Positions 56,419-64,000 of a DNA stretch of 64,000 nt are shown piece after piece (within the stretch, counting starts at the first letter, position 1; each line of letters starts with the position of its first letter). A program made the translations under genes and the position numbers. The notes beneath the pieces are model-generated. The model made no database searches and was not told the DNA's origin. It saw nothing but the letters and a program-made list of their open reading frames with translations. This DNA is from Candidatus Falkowbacteria bacterium (GTDB lineage Bacteria > Patescibacteriota > Patescibacteriia > UBA11705 > JABHMO01): positions 64,446-128,445 of the forward strand of contig JABHAL010000004.1 of assembly GCA_018674305.1 (NCBI GenBank). Reading direction: 5' to 3'.

Positions 56419-58782
56419 ATGCTCAAAAATCAACTTAAAAACTTAGGCTTTACAGAAAATGAATCAAGTATTTATTTGGCTCTATTTGATTTGGGCAAAT
56501 CCCGCGCCGGTCAAATAATCGAACACACAAGCCTGCATCGCAATCTTGTTTACACAGCTCTCGATAGTCTTGAAAATCGCCAGCTGGTAACTAAAGTTAT
56601 GGTTAAAGGCGTGGCTGAGTTTTCAGCGAACTCACCTACTTCACTTATTGATGAAATAGATAATAAAAAACAGCTCGCCATACAAGCTGTTGAACAGTTG
56701 AAAAAAATGTCTAAGCAAGAAGAACGCGACATTAAAATTTACGAAGGCCTTGATGGCATTAAACAAGCTAGGTCAAGAATTTTGAACTTACCCAAAGGCA
56801 GTGAGTTTTTTGTCCTAGGTGCCAGCAAACTAAGTCAGACACCAGAACTGGAAAGTTTTTGGCGCGGGTTCCACAAGAAAAGAGAGGCTAAAGGTATAAA
56901 ACAAAAATTGCTATATGAAAGCACAACTGATAAGAATGTCCTAGACAGCATTAAATGGCGAAACCAATTACCGAATATGGAATCCAGATTCTTGCCATTT
57001 GAAATTGATTCACCTTTTTGGTTTGACTTTGCCGAAGATCAAGTTAATCTTGGCTTTGCTGGCCAGGATCCGCTGACAATTAATATTAAAAGCCGTGACC
57101 TGGTCAATGGTTTTAAGAAATACTTTGAGTACTTTTGGGATCAACGAGTCCTAGTCAAAACTGGGGTTTCTGCTGTCAAAGAAGCACTTTACGAACAACT
57201 TAACTCTCTAGAGCCTGGCGAAGAATATCGTATACTTGGCGCTAAAGGCAAGGATTACCCACAAGGCGTGGATGAATTGTTTAATCAATTTCATCTGGAT
57301 CGAATTAAAAAAGGCGTGGTAACAAAAATGATTTGTTACGAAGAATCCTATAACGGCTTACGAAAACGATTTGAAACCTGCGGTGACATTAGTGGAAAAA
57401 TTAGTTTTCTAAAAAAATATACTTCTGAGACTCCTATTCCAATGCAAATTAATATGTACAAAGATAAAACATTTTTTATTTTGTACGAAAAAACACCAGT
57501 TGTCGTTTATTTTGACAACCCTGTCATTTCCCAAACTTTTAATACTTACTTTAATGACATCTGGGACCAAAAAGTAACTACCAAGACCGGAACAGCAGCT
57601 TTTCATGATGCAATGTACAATCTTTTAGATGAATTAGAAGCTGGTGATGAATATTATATCCTTGGTACCACCGGCAGACAGCTTGATGAAGACGAAAATA
57701 TTGCAGCTTTCTATAATAAATTTCACAAAGCCAGAATAAAAAAAGGTATTAAAGTAAAAATGCTTTGTTATGAAGAAGCTTACAAAAATATAAAAAATCG
57801 TTTTAATATTGAAGATCCAAAGGGCTTACTGAGTAAATTAAAAATATATACTACAGCCTCTGCTAACCCAATGCAAATTTGCCTTTACAAGAAAAAAGCT
57901 CATATTATTATTTATGAAAAAGAACCAACTGTAATTTCTTTTGACAAACCAGAAGTATTTGAAGGTTTTAAAAATCAATTTGATAAAGCTTGGGATCAAA
58001 AAATACAAGTTTATCATGGCCGAGAAGGATTAAGAAATGTTATACGGAAAGTTTTAGATATGGGTGACTATGTTGCAATCGGCGGAGCTGAGAAAATTGT
58101 TGATGCCCTTGGCGCAGATTTTTTTCGATGGTGGCAAAAAGAAAAAAGAAAACGTGGAATTAAAACTAGGGTAATCATGGGCAGTCATCACAAAAAGACC
58201 CCGTCAGTAACTGACGCTTTTGCAGAATTTAAATTTGTACACGAACATGAAGCGCCAGGAGTAACCTTAATTTTTAAAGACAAAGTAATTATTCTTTCTC
58301 TCGAAGGAGAACCTGCTGCCTTTATTATTGAAGATAAAACTCTAGCCAAAACCAACCGACAATACTTTGATGAGCTTTGGAATAAAGATACTTATATTTT
58401 AAAAGGCGTAAACGCGGTTGGTGATCTTTTTAATGAAATGCTTCAATACGAACAAGCTGATCTAATCGGCGCTCGCGGATATTTTATTGATAAAAGACCC
58501 GAGTTCACTAACGACTGGGAAAAACGCGCCATTAAAAAAGGATTTAAAATGCGCAACATTGTTGCCGCCGACTCAAAAGGACATCGTATTACGAAATTTC
58601 CATTTGCAAAAACAAAATATACTCTTAAAAAGGAATTTTCAAACTTAAGCGTGTTCTGGATTTTTGGAAACAAAGTAGCAATCAGCAACTGGACGAAAAA
58701 GGACCCCATCGTAGTTGTTATTGAGAACAAACATGTACACGATATGTATAAACAGCAATTTGAGTCGCTGTGGAATCAGTAA
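56419..58782 (+). CDS. TrmB-family regulator with five tandem effector-binding domains
   Basis: LKNLGFTENE..IYLAL..LHRNLVY..L..L N-terminal wHTH; five ~130-140-aa repeats each ending in an F..(F/I/A/L)W motif. Confidence 0.85.
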   Translation: MLKNQLKNLGFTENESSIYLALFDLGKSRAGQIIEHTSLHRNLVYTALDSLENRQLVTKVMVKGVAEFSANSPTSLIDEIDNKKQLAIQAVEQLKKMSKQEERDIKIYEGLDGIKQARSRILNLPKGSEFFVLGASKLSQTPELESFWRGFHKKREAKGIKQKLLYESTTDKNVLDSIKWRNQLPNMESRFLPFEIDSPFWFDFAEDQVNLGFAGQDPLTINIKSRDLVNGFKKYFEYFWDQRVLVKTGVSAVKEALYEQLNSLEPGEEYRILGAKGKDYPQGVDELFNQFHLDRIKKGVVTKMICYEESYNGLRKRFETCGDISGKISFLKKYTSETPIPMQINMYKDKTFFILYEKTPVVVYFDNPVISQTFNTYFNDIWDQKVTTKTGTAAFHDAMYNLLDELEAGDEYYILGTTGRQLDEDENIAAFYNKFHKARIKKGIKVKMLCYEEAYKNIKNRFNIEDPKGLLSKLKIYTTASANPMQICLYKKKAHIIIYEKEPTVISFDKPEVFEGFKNQFDKAWDQKIQVYHGREGLRNVIRKVLDMGDYVAIGGAEKIVDALGADFFRWWQKEKRKRGIKTRVIMGSHHKKTPSVTDAFAEFKFVHEHEAPGVTLIFKDKVIILSLEGEPAAFIIEDKTLAKTNRQYFDELWNKDTYILKGVNAVGDLFNEMLQYEQADLIGARGYFIDKRPEFTNDWEKRAIKKGFKMRNIVAADSKGHRITKFPFAKTKYTLKKEFSNLSVFWIFGNKVAISNWTKKDPIVVVIENKHVHDMYKQQFESLWNQ

Positions 58783-58841
58783 TGTTAGAATTCAATTAAA
58801 TGAAAAGCTCAACGACTTGGTCGCTGAGCTTTTTCGTTTTA

Positions 58842-59483
58842 CTATCTGAAAATTAAACTAAAGTAGCCAGTTCCTCGTGTAACCAGTTCCATCAAATCAT
58901 CTAAACGCTCCCTAAGCAATTGTAAACCTTCAATGTCACCATCGTCTAAACGACAATCTAGAACTTCATCCAAAGTTTGGCGTAATAGTGAACGATTTCT
59001 CTCAATCCGACTGCGCAACTGTAAGTGTAGATTATATCCTTGTCGAGAATCGTGATAATGCTCAAACATAGCAAAAAACCGGATTGTATAACGAACTAGT
59101 TCAGCATAACCATAGTTTCCATCATCACTAATTGCATCATAAAAGCTATGCAATCTGGTCAATTCTTCCATATTGGTTATTCCAGCCAATTCCGCTAATT
59201 CCTCTTGATCTAATCTAGTCACTTCTGCAAATTCTGGATATTGTTGTCCACAAAATTCTGCAAACTCTTGTCTTACCGATCGCTGACGATTAATAATTTC
59301 ATCAATGTCATACCCGTAACTTTCTACCCAAGCTAGAAAACTCTGATAATAAGACCTCCTTTCTCGACAAGCCAGTTGTCTCACTAATCCCCTAACAAAT
59401 TCCTGTCCATTGCGATTATCATCATGATCGCGAACCTGTTGCCAATAACTTTCTAATTCTGCTTGCAATTCATTGAACGTCAT
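58842..59483 (-). CDS. Hypothetical protein
   Basis: AAGGAGG SD; convergent terminator 58803-58834. Confidence 0.75.
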   Translation of the reverse strand: MTFNELQAELESYWQQVRDHDDNRNGQEFVRGLVRQLACRERRSYYQSFLAWVESYGYDIDEIINRQRSVRQEFAEFCGQQYPEFAEVTRLDQEELAELAGITNMEELTRLHSFYDAISDDGNYGYAELVRYTIRFFAMFEHYHDSRQGYNLHLQLRSRIERNRSLLRQTLDEVLDCRLDDGDIEGLQLLRERLDDLMELVTRGTGYFSLIFR

Positions 59484-59512
59484 CACTGCCTCCTTAAATT
59501 AAAAAAGAACAT

Positions 59513-59695
59513 AACAAAAAACAGCTGTCCGTCAGAACAGCTGTTTTTTGTTTAAGAGTTAGATCACATTATCTTAAGCAAAAAGCGCCTGTTCTGACAT
59601 GAACAGTCTTTTTGCCTTTCTTTACAATTGTAAGTGATAAGTAATCCATATTGTTTTATAACTATATACTATAACACACTGAATAATTTTGTCAA
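59513..59695 (-). promoter_or_regulatory. Leader-peptide transcription attenuator
   Basis: Promoter 59668-59695, 26-aa leader 59569-59649, terminator 59513-59553, antiterminator GTCAGAACAG in leader. Confidence 0.7.
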
Positions 59696-59743
59696 GGGGA
59701 GAAATAATAAAGAGCTTAACTCATGGAGTTAAGCTCTCTTTTT

Positions 59744-60295
59744 TTAAACTGAAGCTGACAATTCTGCTGGGATAATTACAATATTATTGTATTCGTTAAA
59801 TATCATTTTTCCCCAGCTAAAACTGGCCGCGCCATCATGTTTGTAATCAAGCCAATTAACAAGCTCCATCACAATTCGCCTGTGCCAATTTAACCAAAAC
59901 TCTTTTTCTCGATCATTTCCACTTGTGAAGTAATTCAGTAGAAACGGTGTCACAAAAATCTTTTTTCCACCAGCACAACTTTCAGTTAAATTTACTTGAC
60001 CAGTTTTATCAAATCTAATGTTATCAGCAATGGCAGAGAACATACTATTCATATGTTGCCGAAACCTCTCCCTTAACCGAGCTTTTGACAATGGTTCTCC
60101 CAATCTACTCCAGGCTTGTGTTTGAGTTACATCCAATCTTTCAGATTGAATATTAATAGGAAAACGAAAAAACAACAATGGAGCGCATAAAAGACCTATT
60201 AACTTCTCCCTCCAAAGATTGTCAACCTGACTTTCAATGTACTTGTCCAAAATTTTATCGGACAAAACAAAATCGAATTCTTTAGTTTCTGTCAT
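59744..60295 (-). CDS. Hypothetical protein
   Basis: AAGGAGG SD, own promoter, hairpin after stop. Confidence 0.7.
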   Translation of the reverse strand: MTETKEFDFVLSDKILDKYIESQVDNLWREKLIGLLCAPLLFFRFPINIQSERLDVTQTQAWSRLGEPLSKARLRERFRQHMNSMFSAIADNIRFDKTGQVNLTESCAGGKKIFVTPFLLNYFTSGNDREKEFWLNWHRRIVMELVNWLDYKHDGAASFSWGKMIFNEYNNIVIIPAELSASV

Positions 60296-60385
60296 TCGAT
60301 CCTCCTTTATTTTAATAGACTACTTCAAAACTAATCTCTTGTCAATAAAAAGACGCCCTGATGTTGAATCAAGGCGCCGTTATTG

Positions 60386-60583
60386 TTACTTACAAAATCC
60401 CGGATTGCGCAAACGAATACACACGCTACAAGTACAACGAGATGAATGTCCCTCCAGCGCCTGGCTAAAACTCTTCCCCATGTTCATGCCGATGCACACA
60501 CTGCAAGTACAACGACCTGAATGGCCACTCAATACGCCAGCTCTACGAAGTGCTTCTTTTATCTGTGTATTTCGCGAACTCAT
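60386..60583 (-). CDS. Small His/Cys-repeat protein (possible metal-binding)
   Basis: GHS(G/S)RCTCSVCI twice; AAGGAGGT SD; own promoter and terminator. Confidence 0.7.
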   Translation of the reverse strand: MSSRNTQIKEALRRAGVLSGHSGRCTCSVCIGMNMGKSFSQALEGHSSRCTCSVCIRLRNPGFCK

Positions 60584-60709
60584 CCTCAACCTCCTTAGGT
60601 GTAAACAATATAATTCAAATAACTAACAGACAATATATAATAGCAAATAAACAATTTTTTGTCAATATTAACAAAAAAGCTCCAACATTAGATGTCAGAG
60701 CTTTATGGT

Positions 60710-61939
60710 TTAACAATTTTCCAAAGCGAACTGTAAATCCTCTATCAATACTTCCGCCTCTTCTGCACCAACGGATAGGCGAATCAGGTTTTCAGTTATA
60801 CCATATTTCAATTGTTCTTCTTCTCCCATACAAGCATGAGTAGTCGAAGCAGGGTGACAAAGAAGACTTTTAACTCCACCAAGGGATACCGCCAACAAGA
60901 TATGATGTCTTTCCGCTAAGATATTCTGAAAACGGAAAATCCGCTCTCGGTCAAATCCCTTTAAATAAAAAGCAATCATAGCGCCTGGAGCTGTACATTG
61001 TTTTTTGAAAATTTCATAATACACATCTCCAGATTGCCACAAACCTGGAAAGTCCACGCGTTCTACCAAGTGGTGCTGTTGCAAAAATTCAGCAACTATC
61101 TGCGCTCTTTCGGACTGAGTATTCATACGGATTGCATAGGTTTTCAAGAAAGTCAGCAAGAGCCAACATTCAAACGGATGAAGAATGCCACCAAAATCAC
61201 CACGCACTCTTTCAATGTCCAGGATTAAATACTCCCTTCCTTTTCGAGCCAAAACAGCTCCACACAGAACATTACTGTGACCACCCATGTACTTGGTACC
61301 AGAGTAAACAATCAAATCAACATGTTCACTGATTTCAAAAGGCGTTTGCAACGCTCCCATGAACGTATTATCAACGACCACAATGCAATTAGGATTGGAT
61401 TGCTTAACAGCTGCTGCTACAGCATCTATGTCTACCATAACTAAAGTTGGGTTGGTTGGCGTTTCCAAAAACAAAACGTCCGGACCAAAGCCAAAATCAG
61501 GCACACCATCTCGCGCATCATATTCATTAATCGCAAAATCAGACATGTGGCCAAAAAACCTAGCCATCATGTGATGTGTTCCACCATAAATTGGATTTAA
61601 GCAGGCAATCACTCCACCATTAGGAAGTAATCCCCATATCGTGCCAAAAATCGCTGACTCGCCACTGGCAAAAATCGCAGCTGCTCCAGAACCTGGTTCA
61701 ATGGCTGTCAGTCGCTCTTCAACCATAGCCGCATTAGGGTGACTCATTCGTGAATAAACAAAATCACTTTCCTCAGCATAAGGATTCTTAAATGCAGCAG
61801 CTGCCGCTTCTGCACTGGGAAAAACATAGGTTGTGGCCGGATACATTGGTTCCGCGGCTGAACCATAACTCTCCCTAAACCGAAAACCAGCGTGAATAGC
61901 CTTTGTTGACAAACGCCTGTCTGCTTTTTTCTCATCCAT
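60710..61939 (-). CDS. PLP-dependent trans-sulfuration enzyme (methionine gamma-lyase / cystathionine gamma-synthase family)
   Basis: YSRMSHPN, ETPTNP, VDNTF, SGTKYMGGH, AVSLGG, LIRLSVG. Confidence 0.92.
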   Translation of the reverse strand: MDEKKADRRLSTKAIHAGFRFRESYGSAAEPMYPATTYVFPSAEAAAAAFKNPYAEESDFVYSRMSHPNAAMVEERLTAIEPGSGAAAIFASGESAIFGTIWGLLPNGGVIACLNPIYGGTHHMMARFFGHMSDFAINEYDARDGVPDFGFGPDVLFLETPTNPTLVMVDIDAVAAAVKQSNPNCIVVVDNTFMGALQTPFEISEHVDLIVYSGTKYMGGHSNVLCGAVLARKGREYLILDIERVRGDFGGILHPFECWLLLTFLKTYAIRMNTQSERAQIVAEFLQQHHLVERVDFPGLWQSGDVYYEIFKKQCTAPGAMIAFYLKGFDRERIFRFQNILAERHHILLAVSLGGVKSLLCHPASTTHACMGEEEQLKYGITENLIRLSVGAEEAEVLIEDLQFALENC

Positions 61940-62102
61940 TGAGTCCTCCTGAGAAATGATTGGTAAAGATCTAAGGTCAACCCAAGATTATCATAAATAT
62001 AATCAGTTGTAAATGTCCTTTATATACCTCTTGACAAATACAGTAAATGATACTACACTTAAATTTGGCCTTTAACATTAAACCCCTTTACAGGAGCCAA
62101 GA

Positions 62103-62975
62103 ATGGGAATTTCGACAATGTTGTTGATCAATGACGACACTGAAGACGCAGTACAGATGCAAGAAAGACTTCCTGAAAATTTAGAGATTCAAATTGCCAG
62201 TCAAGCAGCAGCTCAACTACTTCAGTCTTACAATTTTGATTTCATTGTTATTGACAATGATGCCAATGATCTCAAGGTCGCGAAAGGTCCAGAAACCTTA
62301 AAGCGCATCATAGAAGTTGGTACAAGTGCTAGGATTTTCTATACAAGCTTCCAACCAGGCTGGGTAGGCAGCGACGTCCATAAAAACAGGCTTGTTCAAG
62401 TAGTAAAAACTGACGAATTACTAGATATCCTAGCCAAAGAATTCTACTTTGAATTGCGTCCTGCTCCAACAAAGGATGAAACAGATCCTCAAATCACTCT
62501 GATTATTTCATACAACCCGATTGAAGGGTATGAGGAAGGCGTCTACTGCGACGGGAAATTAATCATTCTATCTTTCCCCAAAAACGCCGGCGACAAAGCA
62601 CAAAGAGTTCTGAGACAAAAGCTTCAAGAAATTTACAGAACCTTTGAGTGGCGTACCGATCGTGACCTGATCAAAAACATTTTTGTTTACGATGGCGTGA
62701 ATGGAAATGACTGGCCAGCGCGTCTGGCTTCAGCACTCGGACACGATGTTCGCATGAAGGTCCAGTTGGTTGCTTGTCATTGTGACTGGAAACGAAAAGT
62801 ACGAGATGCCAGCACCTACTACGTAGACCTTCACAAATGTGAATGTTCAGGTAGTACCACTCTTGGAGCAATTGCAGATATGATTTTGGGAGTCATACGT
62901 CCCAAAATCAATTATGCCACAATTCCTGTTCCAAGAAAAACAATTGAAAACGGCGCGGAAAGATATAGCGTCTAA
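62103..62975 (+). CDS. Hypothetical protein with N-terminal receiver-like domain
   Basis: LLINDD..DFIVID..G..IFYTS pattern; AGGAG SD, promoter and terminator. Confidence 0.65.
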   Translation: MGISTMLLINDDTEDAVQMQERLPENLEIQIASQAAAQLLQSYNFDFIVIDNDANDLKVAKGPETLKRIIEVGTSARIFYTSFQPGWVGSDVHKNRLVQVVKTDELLDILAKEFYFELRPAPTKDETDPQITLIISYNPIEGYEEGVYCDGKLIILSFPKNAGDKAQRVLRQKLQEIYRTFEWRTDRDLIKNIFVYDGVNGNDWPARLASALGHDVRMKVQLVACHCDWKRKVRDASTYYVDLHKCECSGSTTLGAIADMILGVIRPKINYATIPVPRKTIENGAERYSV

Positions 62976-63080
62976 AACAACAAAGCCCTGTTCCAACGGA
63001 ACAGGGCTCTTTTTTTACCAGAACCATTTTTAGCTGTAAATAAAAAAAAGGCGAAGATATACATCCTCGCCTTTTTTTAC

Positions 63081-63998
63081 TTATTTTAATTTCTTCCTCT
63101 TCAGTAACAAAGAATTCATCACCACCGACACACTTGACAGAGCCATGGCCAATCCAGCGAATTCTGCGCGTAAAAGACCGAGTGCCGCAATTGGAATCCC
63201 AATACTGTTATAAAACAGGGCCCAAAACATGTTCTGTTTTATTTTACTCAAAGTCATTTTACTGAGTTTAATTGAACGGACTGCGTCGTTCAAATCATTT
63301 TTCACTAAAACAATCCCACCAGTTTCAATAGCAATATCAGTTCCAGCGCCCATAGCAATCCCTAAATCAGCTTGTGCTAAGGCTGGAGCATCATTAATTC
63401 CATCACCAACCATAGCGACCATTTTACCTTCAGCTTGAAGCTTCTTAATCTGCTGGGCCTTTTCTTCAGGCATAACTTGCGCTAATACTTTATCAATTCC
63501 AACCTGATTGCCAATTGCCTCAGCTGTTCGCTGGTTATCACCAGTAAGCATCACCGTTTCAATTCCCATTTCTCTTAATTTTTCAATTGATTGTCTTGAA
63601 GTTTCCTTAACAACATCAGCAACCGCAATTAACCCAGCTACTTCCTTAGCAATGGCAATAATCATAACTGTTTTACCCTGATCTTCAAGCTCGAGCTTTT
63701 GTTTTCTAACTTTTTCATCAAACAAAATATTATTTTGTAACATTAATTTCTCTGTACCAATTAAAACCTCTTGGCCATTTATTCTTCCCTTAACACCCAT
63801 ACCAACAATAGCATCAAACTCACCAGGTTCAGTTAATGAAATTTTTTCCTCCTTTGCCTTGTTTACAATTGATTCAGCCAAAGGATGCTCTGAGTTTTTT
63901 TCTAATGAAGCAGCAATACCCAAAATATCTGTCCTTTTGTATTTGTCATTTGTCATTTTTATCTCTGTTACTTCCGGTTCACCTTTAGTCAACGTACC
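63081..63998 (-). CDS. Heavy-metal (Cu-type) P1B ATPase, C-terminal part (runs off window end)
   Basis: GTLTKG, SEHPLA, MLTGDN, VGDGINDAPALA, YN..GIP, AMALSSVSV. Confidence 0.95.
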   Translation of the reverse strand, partial: GTLTKGEPEVTEIKMTNDKYKRTDILGIAASLEKNSEHPLAESIVNKAKEEKISLTEPGEFDAIVGMGVKGRINGQEVLIGTEKLMLQNNILFDEKVRKQKLELEDQGKTVMIIAIAKEVAGLIAVADVVKETSRQSIEKLREMGIETVMLTGDNQRTAEAIGNQVGIDKVLAQVMPEEKAQQIKKLQAEGKMVAMVGDGINDAPALAQADLGIAMGAGTDIAIETGGIVLVKNDLNDAVRSIKLSKMTLSKIKQNMFWALFYNSIGIPIAALGLLRAEFAGLAMALSSVSVVMNSLLLKRKKLK

Positions 63999-64000
63999 GG

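Overview
Bacterial chromosomal segment in standard genetic code. The 16S signatures (GGAGGCTGCAG, GTGCCAGCAGCAGCGG), the unlinked 16S gene and the gene content point to Patescibacteria/CPR, probably Parcubacteria; this assignment is inference. Core genes: uvrB end, rlmN-uvrA-uvrC, rmuC, rpsT, holA, polA, gpsA, rpsP-khpA-trmD, a stand-alone 16S rRNA, 7 tRNAs, an ABC-F ATPase, a DEAD-box helicase, typA and a P1B-ATPase end. About 20 orphan genes with strong SD sites, most with their own promoter or terminator, are interspersed among them. The window also holds a 4251-aa mosaic surface protein and an IS200/RAYT-type transposase flanked by perfect inverted hairpins. Most notable unexplained signals: (1) a ~160-nt G-U-rich hairpin family in the 5' leaders of rlmN and the DEAD helicase, with a short copy in the 16S leader; (2) two leader-peptide attenuators; (3) several palindrome families inserted in frame in polA, rpsP and trmD, and fused to tRNA CCA ends; (4) inverted 7/8/9-mer periodic arrays next to translation genes; (5) a sigma4 + RNAP alpha-CTD fusion protein; (6) a beta-barrel-like secreted protein; (7) a TrmB regulator with five tandem effector domains; (8) an altered anti-SD at the 16S 3' end. 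All calls were made by eye, without database searches.
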